In this document: positions 16,931 through 26,097 of the stretch, piece by piece | Layout of the letters: each line of letters opens with the position of its first letter | Position numbering within the stretch: the first letter of the stretch is position 1 | Assembly (NCBI GenBank): GCA_030428405.1 | Contig: JAUIEH010000001.1 | Coordinates: 5,082-69,081, forward strand | Direction: 5' to 3' | Origin: Alphaproteobacteria bacterium | GTDB taxonomy: Bacteria; Pseudomonadota; Alphaproteobacteria; Caulobacterales; Maricaulaceae | Length of the DNA stretch: 64,000 nt | The notes under the pieces: generated by a model | Database searches by the model: none | Told to the model about the DNA's origin: nothing | The model's input: the letters and a program-made list of their open reading frames with translations, nothing else | Made by a program: the position numbers and the translations under genes

Positions 16931-17824
16931 ATGACGGACTCGAACACAACCTACAGTGATCAGCAATTGCTCGACTTCATCTTGGCGATGGAGGACGCAC
17001 TACTAGAAGAAGGTATGAGTCCGGAGGCTCGAGGCTTCGAACTCCCTCATCGTGTTCTGGACCAGCTCGGCTACGTGTCCTATTTCACGACCGGCCCTGA
17101 TCAGCCAGCGGTCCTGGAACGCCTTCGGGCGATTCACGAGCGCCTCTACCGACCGCACGACGTCGGCATGGGAAGACTTCACTCCGGCGCATTCATGTTT
17201 CGTGGCATCGCGGTCCACGTGTTTGTGCCGATCGTTTTTGGTCAGGTGCGTGTAAGGCCGTTCGAATGGTGCGATCTCAACGAAATGCAAGTGCAATGGC
17301 TTCAATCAAATGCCTTCCACGTCAAAGCGTACCTCGCGACGTTCGCAGATATTTTTGATTTTTGCGCCGGAATTCATCCGTTTGAAGGCTACGCGCCGCC
17401 AAATGACGCTGCGAAACGTTGGTTCGACCTTGCCTCGTTCCAGCTACAGGGCGCGAGCGCGATTCTTTGCGCGCACTTGGACGGGCGTGGAGCTACTCAA
17501 AGCGCATTGCTAGGCTCTGAGCTCGCGCTGAAAGCGCCTTTGGCCGCAAATGGTGTGGCGGAGACCGAGCTGAAGAAGCTCGGTCATGATCTCAAGGGCC
17601 TCGCGGACGAAGTGGCGGCGCGATATTCGGACTTCGACCTGCCGGCAGTGCAACAGCGGGTGGCGCTACTCCCTCCCTACGTCGCAAATCGCTACGCACC
17701 GGTTCAGCCTTCCCTCTTCGAGGCCGGCGAGATCGTTGTGGCGGCCCAGTTTGTAGCTGCTGAGGCGATGCGCGCAGTCACTGGCGGTCGCGTTCAAGCA
17801 AAAGCAGGTGCCTTCGCGTCGTAG
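16931..17824 (+). CDS. Hypothetical 297-aa protein with a C-terminal HEPN-like helical region
   Basis: The segment SALLGSELALKAPLAANGVAETELKKLGHDLKGLADEV matches the classic HEPN pattern (E-alKA-L...G......HDL--L). GC content is lower than in the flanking backbone genes. Confidence 0.6.
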   Translation: MTDSNTTYSDQQLLDFILAMEDALLEEGMSPEARGFELPHRVLDQLGYVSYFTTGPDQPAVLERLRAIHERLYRPHDVGMGRLHSGAFMFRGIAVHVFVPIVFGQVRVRPFEWCDLNEMQVQWLQSNAFHVKAYLATFADIFDFCAGIHPFEGYAPPNDAAKRWFDLASFQLQGASAILCAHLDGRGATQSALLGSELALKAPLAANGVAETELKKLGHDLKGLADEVAARYSDFDLPAVQQRVALLPPYVANRYAPVQPSLFEAGEIVVAAQFVAAEAMRAVTGGRVQAKAGAFAS

Positions 17825-18072
17825 GTGCGCTGCGGGATCAGCAGAGTCGCGGACGATTTCTTATTGCGCCCGTGTGCGGTGGCAACGGCGCTCGATCGGC
17901 ACCGCCGCTGAGTTCTGTCTCGACGCGTAGGATCCCGTCTATGTCTCCGCATCTTCGCTGTTGCGGTACTCGTCGAATCGCATGGGTTGACCTCTCCAAG
18001 CGCCTGCTCCAGCGACTGACGACGGCGAGGTAGTGATATGACGCGGGGGAGTCAGATTCGGCTCAAAATGCT

Positions 18073-19266
18073 CTAGCTCTGCGTTTTCCTCAGGGCTTCG
18101 ATTTCCGACGGGTTGGAATACGTCGCGATCAAGAAGTCGACCCATGCCTGCGAATACGTGTAGTCGCGGTGGGCTGAGTGATAAACGCAATAACGCTTGT
18201 CAGTCTGTCCCGGTTGCTTTGCGCCAGACGCGGGACGGGCATTATGGCGTTTCCAAGCTAGCTGGTGGCAATGAGAGGTGAAGTCTGGAACAGCCTTTCG
18301 TACAATTCTCACTACAGACAAAGGCTTGTGAGGAAAGTCTTCGTCAGAGATTCGGGATTTGACAAGTACGTTGTGGATATTTTCGCCCTCTTCGCTATCG
18401 GGGCTGATGAATCTAATGTTTGAGCCAGACCTAGAAGATCCGTCAAGCGTGAATACAATCTGAAATTTGTATTCAACTGCTCCGGGATCATCCGGATCAA
18501 TATCGGAGTTCAGGCGGGCGTCGAGGGCCATAATATTTGCGGGGACGGCCAAATCTTGTGTTTCGGATATTTGCATCAAGCTTACGCGAGAGAATTGCAG
18601 GGCAAAACCCAAGTTTGATTGAAGCGAAAGCATTGGTCCAAAAAGGTCACATATAGTGTTGTCAAAATTTACACAGCACGCTTGAAACAGGCCAAGCCAA
18701 TTATTGTCAGATAGGCCGAAGCGGCTGTGCTCAACGGCGTCCCTTATCTCTTTGATCGCTACCAAATTTCTTCGAACGTTGTTCGACAATGGCGTCGTTT
18801 GGCGTGAAAGGAGTTCATAAAGGGAAACGGTCTTCCCATCTGGCCTAGCAATGCTCTCCCCCAGGGTCCGGTCATGGTATTCGTGCATGAGATATGTCCA
18901 AGCAATAATCGCGAGGACGGAAAACTGCTCGGTTCTGAATTTGAGGTGTGGGCTATTGAATATGTGCACGGCCATCATCATGGCCTCGCGAGCACGAATG
19001 AGGCGTTCGTCGTCAACGTCATTCAATCCAGTTATTGGATCGTATAGTGTTTTCTTAAGTTTGAATAATTCAAGTTCATCGCTTGTAGCTGCCTCTTGCG
19101 AGTCGTCGGACTTAACTTCAGTTATGCGTGCACTGTTAATTGTTGCGTTGCGGCCACGATTGACTAGGTCTTGGATGTCTTGGTTGCGCATATCCTCGGC
19201 TAGCATGGCCTTCACTGCGCGTTTCTCGTCCTTGGTTAGACTTCCCTCCTTCAAGCGCTTAGCCAT
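18073..19266 (-). CDS. 397-aa HEPN-motif protein, DUF3644-like by my recollection; candidate abortive-infection or defence RNase
   Basis: REAMMMAVHIFNSPHLKFRTEQFSVLAIIAWTYLMHEY, followed by an Rx4H motif in AIKEIRDAVEHSRF. AGGAG lies 8 nt upstream of ATG 19266. This is the most AT-rich gene in the window. Confidence 0.75.
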   Translation of the reverse strand: MAKRLKEGSLTKDEKRAVKAMLAEDMRNQDIQDLVNRGRNATINSARITEVKSDDSQEAATSDELELFKLKKTLYDPITGLNDVDDERLIRAREAMMMAVHIFNSPHLKFRTEQFSVLAIIAWTYLMHEYHDRTLGESIARPDGKTVSLYELLSRQTTPLSNNVRRNLVAIKEIRDAVEHSRFGLSDNNWLGLFQACCVNFDNTICDLFGPMLSLQSNLGFALQFSRVSLMQISETQDLAVPANIMALDARLNSDIDPDDPGAVEYKFQIVFTLDGSSRSGSNIRFISPDSEEGENIHNVLVKSRISDEDFPHKPLSVVRIVRKAVPDFTSHCHQLAWKRHNARPASGAKQPGQTDKRYCVYHSAHRDYTYSQAWVDFLIATYSNPSEIEALRKTQS

Positions 19267-19507
19267 GTAGTGCTCCTGACGCGTCCCAGTAAAATCTGTT
19301 CACGAGGCTCACAATATCAGCTTCCGGTGGATCGGGCTCGATGCGTACGACAAGCGATTCGCGAAGCCGTTCTTGAGGAACGAATCGGGGCCCGCCGTTC
19401 CCCCTGAGGCAACAGCGTCGGAGCACAAAATAAGTTTTGTGTGTAGAGGGGGCGCTCAGCGCCGCCAGCTGCAAAAGGGCGGCACCAAATTCAGCGTACT
19501 CATTCAT
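19259..19507 (-). CDS. Possible 82-aa upstream partner ORF overlapping the HEPN gene start by 8 nt; no recognisable domain
   Basis: Track ORF. Its stop (TAA 19259-19261) overlaps ATG 19266 in the string ATGGCTAA. It has a weak RBS and no recognisable domain. Confidence 0.25.
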   Translation of the reverse strand: MNEYAEFGAALLQLAALSAPSTHKTYFVLRRCCLRGNGGPRFVPQERLRESLVVRIEPDPPEADIVSLVNRFYWDASGALHG

Positions 19508-19644
19508 TCCCGATAGCCACTCACCGTGCTCATTTCGTCATCCATTGTGCACGTATAACCGCTTGAAAACACTCTGCAAACCCGCGTTGACGCGGGTACC
19601 GTCCGCGCATGAGGCTCAGCTCCGGAAAGGGGACTTCAGCCATC

Positions 19645-21621
19645 ATGACGCCGACGAAAATCCTCATTGGGCAGATCGCGCTCGTGTTCGGCGTCGTGCT
19701 CGCCGGCGTCTGGTTCGGCACGCAGTTCGCGGCGTCCGAGCTCGGCTACGCGGCTGAACTCGGCGCGCCCTGGTTCAGCCTCGGTGCGACGCCGGTCTAC
19801 AAGCCTTGGCGGCTGTTCGAATGGTGGTACGCCTACGAGGCCTACGCCCCGGCAATCTTTGCACGCGCCGGCGCGATCGCGGCCGCCGGCGGAGTCGCGG
19901 GGGCGGCGGTCGCCATCGCCGGCTCGGTGTGGCGGGCGCGCTCTGCCAAGAACGTCACCACTTACGGCTCGGCGCGCTGGGCGCGGGTCTCCGAGATCGC
20001 CAAGGCGGGGCTGTTCGCACCGGCGGGCGTCGTGCTCGGGCGCTATCGCGACAGGTATCTGCGCCATAACGGGCCCGAGCATGTCATGGCCTTCGCGCCG
20101 ACGCGCTCGGGCAAGGGCGTGGGGTTGGTCGTTCCAACGCTGCTGACCTGGCGCGACAGCGCGCTCATCCACGACATCAAGGGCGAAAACTGGGAGCTGA
20201 CGGCGGGCTGGCGGTCGAGCTTCTCGCGCTGCCTGCGCTTCGATCCCACCGATCCCAAGAGCGCGCGCTACAATCCGCTCCTCGAAGTGCGGCGCGGGCC
20301 GAATGAAATTCGCGACGTCCAGAACATCTCCGACATCCTCGTCGATCCCGACGGCGCGCTCGAGCATCGCAATCACTGGCAGAAAACCGCGCAGGACGTG
20401 CTCGAGGGCGCGATCCTGCACGTGCTCTATGCGGAAGACGAAAAGACGCTCTCGCGCGTCGCCACGCTCCTCTCCGATCCGGATCGGCCGATCCTCGAGA
20501 CGATCGCGGTCATGGCGAGGACGCCGCATCTGGGATCGCGCGGCGTCCATCCCAAGGTGGCCAAGGCCGCCCGCGCGCTCGAGAACAAGTCGCCCAACGA
20601 GCTCTCCGGCGTCCTCTCCACAGTCATGACCTATCTCGGACTCTACGCTGATCCGGTCGTGGAGCGTGCCACCGCGCAGTCCGACTTCCGCATCGAGGAC
20701 CTCGTTACGGGCGAGCGGCCGCTGTCGCTCTACCTTGCCGTGCCGCCGTCGGACATCTCGCGCACGCGCCCGCTCGTGCGGCTGATGCTCAACCAGATTG
20801 GCCGCCGGCTCACCGAGCGGCTTGATCTCGAGCGCCGCCGGCTCCTGATGATGCTGGATGAGTTCCCGACGCTCGGACGGCTCGACTTCTTCGAGACGGC
20901 GCTCGCCTTCCTCGGCGGTTATGGCGTGCGCGCCTTCCTAATCGCTCAGTCGCTCAATCAGATCGAGAAGGCCTACGGGCCCAATAACGCCATCCTCGAC
21001 AACTGCCATGTGCGCGTGGCGTTCGCGACCAACGACGAGCGCACGGCCAAGCGCATATCGGACGGGCTCGGGACGGCGACCGAGATGCGCGCCCAGCGCA
21101 ACTATGCCGGCCATCGGCTCGCGCCTTGGCTCGCCCACGTCATGGTCTCGCGCCAGGAGACGGCGCGGCCGCTGATGACGCCCGGCGAGGTCATGCAGCT
21201 CGACGCGCGCGACGAGCTCGTCATGGTCGCCGGCTCGCCGCCGATCCGCGCAGGCAAGCTCCGCTACTACGAGGACCGCAACTTCCTCGATCGTCGCCTT
21301 GATCCGCCGGCGGACGCGAGCGACGGCGCGCCGGTCGCGGACCACGACTGGTCTGATCTGACGATTACTGCGGCTCCGGCGCACGAGGGCGATCGGCCGG
21401 ACTTCGACGAGGATGACGGCGGCTTGCGCCAGGCGCGCGCACCCGAGCGCGAGCCCGACGCGACGGTCGCGCCCGAACGCGAGAGCGACGTTGCGGCCAT
21501 CCCGGAGGCCGGCGACGGCGACGCGCCGCGTGACGCCAGGACGCTCAAACAACTCACGCCGGTCCAGCGGGCCCACGGTCTCAACGCCGGCGCCTCGCGC
21601 GATCCCATCGAGGAGTTCTGA
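19645..21621 (+). CDS. traG: Type IV coupling protein TraG (VirD4 family)
   Basis: MTPTKILIGQIALVFGVVLAGVWFGTQFAA is the typical TraG N-terminus. Walker A is FAPTRSGKGVGLVVP; Walker B-like is LLMMLDEFPTLG. The track ORF begins at 19609; I prefer the internal ATG 19645. Confidence 0.9.
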   Translation: MTPTKILIGQIALVFGVVLAGVWFGTQFAASELGYAAELGAPWFSLGATPVYKPWRLFEWWYAYEAYAPAIFARAGAIAAAGGVAGAAVAIAGSVWRARSAKNVTTYGSARWARVSEIAKAGLFAPAGVVLGRYRDRYLRHNGPEHVMAFAPTRSGKGVGLVVPTLLTWRDSALIHDIKGENWELTAGWRSSFSRCLRFDPTDPKSARYNPLLEVRRGPNEIRDVQNISDILVDPDGALEHRNHWQKTAQDVLEGAILHVLYAEDEKTLSRVATLLSDPDRPILETIAVMARTPHLGSRGVHPKVAKAARALENKSPNELSGVLSTVMTYLGLYADPVVERATAQSDFRIEDLVTGERPLSLYLAVPPSDISRTRPLVRLMLNQIGRRLTERLDLERRRLLMMLDEFPTLGRLDFFETALAFLGGYGVRAFLIAQSLNQIEKAYGPNNAILDNCHVRVAFATNDERTAKRISDGLGTATEMRAQRNYAGHRLAPWLAHVMVSRQETARPLMTPGEVMQLDARDELVMVAGSPPIRAGKLRYYEDRNFLDRRLDPPADASDGAPVADHDWSDLTITAAPAHEGDRPDFDEDDGGLRQARAPEREPDATVAPERESDVAAIPEAGDGDAPRDARTLKQLTPVQRAHGLNAGASRDPIEEF

Positions 21622-22115
21622 TGCGCAAGCCGAAGAAGATACGCCTCTGCACGCGCGTCTCGCCCGACCTGCACGCCAAGCTCGTCTCGGTCGGCAAGCG
21701 CGACGGCGTCAGCCAGGCCAATGTCGTCGAAGCGGCGCTTCACGGCTTCTTCTCTTTCGAGCGCGACGACCAGCGCGACGCCTCGATCATCCGCCGGCTC
21801 GACCGGCTGACGCGCCAGTTCTCGCGCCTCGAGCGCAACGACCTCGTGCTCTCCGAGACGGTGTCGCTGCTCACACGCTTCCTGTTCACGGTGACGCCGC
21901 AGCTGCCGCAAGACGACTTCGCTGCCGCTCAAGCAGTGGCCGAGAAGCGCTTCGACGATTTCGTCGAGCGCCTGGCCCAGGACCTCGCAAAGGGGCGGCG
22001 CGTGCTGCAGGCCGCCTTGAACGACGTCGTCCCCGACATCGATGAGTTCGCGACGCTCGACGAGGCCGATGGCGAGCGCGCTTCGAGCAATGGCGGAGGC
22101 GGCGCCCATGTCTGA
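21621..22115 (+). CDS. Ribbon-helix-helix (CopG-family) protein of the trb operon
   Basis: The N-terminus KKIRLCTRVSPDLHAKLVSVGKRDGVSQANVVEAALHGFF is RHH-like. It sits between traG and trbB as in related ICEs. Its ATG overlaps the traG stop (TGATG). Confidence 0.7.
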   Translation: MRKPKKIRLCTRVSPDLHAKLVSVGKRDGVSQANVVEAALHGFFSFERDDQRDASIIRRLDRLTRQFSRLERNDLVLSETVSLLTRFLFTVTPQLPQDDFAAAQAVAEKRFDDFVERLAQDLAKGRRVLQAALNDVVPDIDEFATLDEADGERASSNGGGGAHV

Positions 22116-23091
22116 CCGCCGCCATCCGGTCTCCCGCGCCCGCGAGCGCGCCATGCTGCGTTCGGCCTTCGGGCCGGCGATCGCCGCCGCGCTCGACGAT
22201 CCATCGGTCATCGAGGTGATGGTCAATCCCGACGGCCTCTTGTGGCTTGATCGTCAGCAAGAGGGGCGAGCGTGCACGGGCCAAGTGATCGGCGCGGCCG
22301 AGACCGAGCGCGTGATCCGTCTCGTCGCCAGTCACATCCGCGTCGAACTCTCGCGCGACGCGCCTATCGTCTCGGCCGAGTTGCCCGGAAGCGGCGAACG
22401 CTTCGAGGGCGTCCTGCCGCCGGTATCAGCGGGCCCGTGCTTTTCAATCCGCAAGTCCGCGGGCGGCGTCATCGGGCTCGACCAATACGTTACCTCCGGC
22501 GTTATGTCCGAGGCTCAAGCTGAAGCGCTGCGCTCGGCCATTCGCGAACGCGCTAACGTGCTCGTCGCCGGCGGCACGAGCTCCGGTAAGACGACGCTGG
22601 CGAACGCGCTCCTTGCCGAGATCACGGCTTGCGAAGAACGTGTCGTAATCTTGGAGGACACGCGCGAGCTTGTGTGTGACGCGGAGGACGTGGTCGCGCT
22701 GCGCACGCGGGCCGGCGCGGTAACGCTCGCCGATCTCGTGCGCTCGACCCTGCGTTTGCGCCCCGACCGCATCATCGTCGGCGAGGTGCGCGGCGGGGAA
22801 GCCCTCGATATGCTCAAGGCCTGGAACACGGGCCATCCCGGCGGAATTGCGACGCTGCACGCCAATTCCGCGCCTGCCGCGCTCACGCGTCTCGAACAGC
22901 TCATTCAGGAGACGGTCGTTCACGTGCCGCGCGCGCTCATCGCCGAAGCGATCGACGTGATCGTGTTCCTCGCCGGCCGCGGCGCCGCGCGCCGCGTCGA
23001 CACGCTCGCGCGCGTCGAGAACCTGACGCCCGCCGGTTACGCGCTCGCCGACCTCGCCACCGCAACGGATCGCAAGGGAGAAACGTCATGA
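22108..23091 (+). CDS. trbB: P-type conjugative transfer ATPase TrbB (VirB11 family)
   Basis: Walker A is VAGGTSSGKTTLANAL; also ILEDTRE, IIVGEVRGGEALDML and TGHPGGIATLHA. GGAGG lies 8 nt upstream of ATG 22108. Confidence 0.92.
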   Translation: MSDRRHPVSRARERAMLRSAFGPAIAAALDDPSVIEVMVNPDGLLWLDRQQEGRACTGQVIGAAETERVIRLVASHIRVELSRDAPIVSAELPGSGERFEGVLPPVSAGPCFSIRKSAGGVIGLDQYVTSGVMSEAQAEALRSAIRERANVLVAGGTSSGKTTLANALLAEITACEERVVILEDTRELVCDAEDVVALRTRAGAVTLADLVRSTLRLRPDRIIVGEVRGGEALDMLKAWNTGHPGGIATLHANSAPAALTRLEQLIQETVVHVPRALIAEAIDVIVFLAGRGAARRVDTLARVENLTPAGYALADLATATDRKGETS

Positions 23092-23396
23092 TCCGCCGCT
23101 TCCAAGCACTCGCCGCTTTGGGGGCGGCGATCCTGTACTCATCAGCCGCTCACGCCGCCGGCTCCGGCATGCCGTGGGAAGGCCCGTTGCAACAGGTCCT
23201 CGATTCCATCGAAGGGCCTGTCGCGCGCATCGTCGCCGTCATCATCATCGTCATCACCGGCCTGACGCTGGCCTTCGGTGAATCGAGCGGCGGCTTCCGC
23301 CGGCTCATTCAGATTGTTTTCGGCCTCTCGATCGCGTTTGCGGCGACGAGCTTCTTCCTGGCGTTCTTCTCGTTCGGCGGCGGGGCGACGCTGTGA
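23088..23396 (+). CDS. trbC: TrbC/VirB2-family pilin precursor
   Basis: Signal peptide ending AHAAGSG, followed by two hydrophobic helices. The start overlaps the trbB stop. Confidence 0.88.
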   Translation: MIRRFQALAALGAAILYSSAAHAAGSGMPWEGPLQQVLDSIEGPVARIVAVIIIVITGLTLAFGESSGGFRRLIQIVFGLSIAFAATSFFLAFFSFGGGATL

Positions 23397-23665
23397 TGCG
23401 CGCGGACGCCTCTCCCGCGGGCTTCTCTGTGCCCCTGCATCGATCGCTGACCGATCCGATCTTGCTGGGAGGCGCGCCGCGGTCTTTCGCCATCTTCAAC
23501 GGCACGCTGGCGGCCGCCCTCGGGCTCGGGCTGCAGCAATGGATCGCAGGCGGGCTCCTTTGGATCGGTGGACACGCGCTCGGCGTCTTTCTCGCCAAGC
23601 GTGACCCACACTTCCTCGAAGTGCTGATCCGCCACATCCGCCACAAGGCGTGGGCGTCATGTTGA
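23393..23665 (+). CDS. trbD: TrbD (VirB3-like)
   Basis: 90 aa. FSVPLHRSLTDPILLGGAPRSFAI is the typical TrbD pattern. Position is between trbC and trbE. Confidence 0.88.
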   Translation: MMRADASPAGFSVPLHRSLTDPILLGGAPRSFAIFNGTLAAALGLGLQQWIAGGLLWIGGHALGVFLAKRDPHFLEVLIRHIRHKAWASC

Positions 23666-26097
23666 ACCTGGCCGAATATCGTGCGCGAGCGAGCCTGCTC
23701 GCCGACTATCTCCCCTGGGCGTGTCTCGTCGCGCCCGGCGTCGTCCTCAACAAAGACGGCTCGTTTCAGCGCACGGCGCGCTATCGCGGGCCCGACCTCG
23801 ACAGCGCCACCGCTCACGAGCTCGTCGCTTTTTCGGCGCGCGTGAACAATGCTCTCAAGCGCTTCGGCTCGGGCTGGGCGCTCTACTTCGAGGCCGACCG
23901 CAGCGCTTGCGTCGACTATCCGCGCTCGGATTGGCGCGACGGCGCGGCCTGGCTGATCGACGAAGAGCGCCGAGCCGAATTCGAGCAGGCCGGTTCCCAT
24001 TTCGAGAGCCGCTATTTTCTCACGATCGCATTTCTGCCGCCGGTCCAGCAGGTCGGGCGCGCTGAACAGCTTTTCATTGACCAGCCCGATGAGGACAAGG
24101 GCTCGAGCTATGCCGAGCGCCTCGACGCCTTTGTCGTCGAGACCGACCGCGCGCTCGATCTCCTCGCCCAGATGATGCCAGAGGCGGCCTGGCTGAGCGA
24201 CGAGGAGACGCTCACTTATCTGCACGGGACCATCTCGCCCAAGCGCCACCGCGTGGCGGCGCCGGCGACGCCCGCCCATCTCGACGCCGTCCTGCCGGAC
24301 GCGCCGCTCGCCGGCGGCCTCGCGCCGCGGCTCGGCGATCATCACCTGCGCACGCTCTCGGTGCGCGGCTTTCCGAACGCCACCGAGCCGGGGTTCCTCG
24401 ACGAGCTCAACCGGCTCGGGCTCGCCTATCGCTGGGTGACGCGGTTTCTGCCGCTCGACAAGGCTGACGCGACGAAAACGCTCACGGGCTACCGCCGGCG
24501 CTGGTTCGCCAAGCGCAAGTCGATCGTGGCCATCCTCAAGGAGGTGATGACCAATGAGGCCTCCGTACTCGTGGACACCGACGCCGACAACAAGGCGAAC
24601 GATGCGGACGCAGCGCTCCAGGAACTCGGCGCCGACGACGTAGCCTTCGGATATCTGACGACGGCCGTCACGGTCATGGACGCGGATGCCAGCGCGGCTG
24701 AGGAGAAGCTCCGCGCCGTCGAGCGCATCGTCAATGGTCGCGGTTTCGTCACCATCCGCGAGAGCGTGAACGCGGTCGAGGCCTGGCTCGGCTCGCTGCC
24801 CGGCCACGCTTACGCCAATGTGCGCCAGCCCATCGTGCACACGCTCAATCTCGCGCACATGACGCCGCTGTCGGCCGTGTGGGCGGGGCCCGAGCGCAGC
24901 GAGCATCTCGACGGCCCGCCGCTGGTGACGGCGACGACGGACGGGGAAACCCCGTTCCGCCTCGTCACCCATCATGGCGATGTCGGGCATACGCTCGTCG
25001 TCGGCCCCACCGGCGCGGGCAAGTCCGTGCTCCTCTCCCTCCTGGCGCTGCAGTTCCGCCGCTACCGCGACGCGCAGGTGTTCATTTTCGACAAGGGCGG
25101 CTCGGCGCGCGCCGCAACGGCTGCGCTCGTCGGCGAGCACTATGACCTCGGCGGCGAGGAGGGGATCGGATTCCAGCCGCTCGCCGGCGTCGACCGCGAG
25201 GCGGAAGCCGCTTGGGCGCTCGACTGGCTCGCTGGGCTGCTCGCCAATGAGGGCGCCGAGGTGACGCCCGAGGCCAAAGACGCACTGTGGGCGGCGCTGC
25301 AAAGCCTCGCCTCTGCGCCGGTGCGCGAGCGCACGTTGACTGGGCTCTCGCTGTTGTTGTCCGACCAGGCGCTCGTGCGCGCGCTCCGGCCCTTTACGCT
25401 CGAGGGCCCGAATGGCGGCCTGCTCGATGCGGAAGAAGAGCATCTCGGCGGCGCGGACTTCCAGTGCTTCGAGATGGAGGAACTAATGCATGCGCGCGCG
25501 CGCGTCGCGCCGGTGCTCACCTATCTCTTCCACCGCCTGGAAGCGCGCTTCGACGGCCGGCCGTCGCTGCTCGTGCTCGACGAGGCCTGGGTCTTTCTCG
25601 ACGAACCGCTGTTCGCGGAGCGCATCCGCGAATGGCTTAAGGTGCTGCGCAAGAAGAACGTCGCGGTCGTCTTCGCCACCCAGTCGCTCGCGGACGTATC
25701 TCTCAGCACCATCGCGCCCGCCGTCATCGAAAGCTGCCCGTCGCGCATCTTCCTGCCCAACGAGCGCGCGCTCGAGCCGCAGCAGGCCGAGGCTTACGCG
25801 CGCTTCGGGCTCAACGATCGCCAGATCGAGATCATCGCGCAGGCGATTCCCAAGAGGGACTATTACTACCAGTCGCGGCGTGGAAACCGCCTGTTCGACT
25901 TGGCGCTTGGGCCGGTGGCGCTGGCCCTTTGCGCATCGGCGAGCCCTGACGACCAAAAGCAGATTGCGCGGCTTCTGTGCGAGGTGGGGCGCGAACGCTT
26001 CGCCGCCGCCTTCCTGCGCGAGCGCGGCCTCGGCTGGGCCGCCGATCTCATCGTTGAATTCGACACAAGGGAGGCCCTGCCATGCGCAGCAGAATGA
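23659..26097 (+). CDS. trbE: TrbE (VirB4-family ATPase)
   Basis: Walker A is VVGPTGAGKSVLL; Walker B is SLLVLDEAW; also VVFATQSLAD. ATG 23659 overlaps the trbD stop (ATGTTGA). Confidence 0.93.
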   Translation: MLNLAEYRARASLLADYLPWACLVAPGVVLNKDGSFQRTARYRGPDLDSATAHELVAFSARVNNALKRFGSGWALYFEADRSACVDYPRSDWRDGAAWLIDEERRAEFEQAGSHFESRYFLTIAFLPPVQQVGRAEQLFIDQPDEDKGSSYAERLDAFVVETDRALDLLAQMMPEAAWLSDEETLTYLHGTISPKRHRVAAPATPAHLDAVLPDAPLAGGLAPRLGDHHLRTLSVRGFPNATEPGFLDELNRLGLAYRWVTRFLPLDKADATKTLTGYRRRWFAKRKSIVAILKEVMTNEASVLVDTDADNKANDADAALQELGADDVAFGYLTTAVTVMDADASAAEEKLRAVERIVNGRGFVTIRESVNAVEAWLGSLPGHAYANVRQPIVHTLNLAHMTPLSAVWAGPERSEHLDGPPLVTATTDGETPFRLVTHHGDVGHTLVVGPTGAGKSVLLSLLALQFRRYRDAQVFIFDKGGSARAATAALVGEHYDLGGEEGIGFQPLAGVDREAEAAWALDWLAGLLANEGAEVTPEAKDALWAALQSLASAPVRERTLTGLSLLLSDQALVRALRPFTLEGPNGGLLDAEEEHLGGADFQCFEMEELMHARARVAPVLTYLFHRLEARFDGRPSLLVLDEAWVFLDEPLFAERIREWLKVLRKKNVAVVFATQSLADVSLSTIAPAVIESCPSRIFLPNERALEPQQAEAYARFGLNDRQIEIIAQAIPKRDYYYQSRRGNRLFDLALGPVALALCASASPDDQKQIARLLCEVGRERFAAAFLRERGLGWAADLIVEFDTREALPCAAE

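Noticed and set aside
17825-18072. Possible bidirectional terminator between the convergent HEPN-like genes (GCGGTG...CACCGC, around 17877-17910)
   Set aside because: The stem is only 6 bp with an 18-nt loop and has no flanking T/A runs. This is not convincing.
19581-19596. Hairpin CCCGCG-TTGA-CGCGGG just upstream of traG, considered as a terminator or operator
   Set aside because: The stem is short with no T-tract. It may overlap a TTGACG -35-like element, but a single occurrence gives no support for a regulatory role.
23305-25443. 712-aa minus-strand ORF antisense to trbE. Similar long antisense ORFs: 19636..20550, 21267..22226, 25866..26852, 27047..28087, 28130..29134, 29058..29813 and 30506..31312
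   Set aside because: All are antisense to well-supported tra/trb genes, are Arg/Ala/Gly-rich, and have no recognisable motifs. Long antisense ORFs are expected at this GC content.
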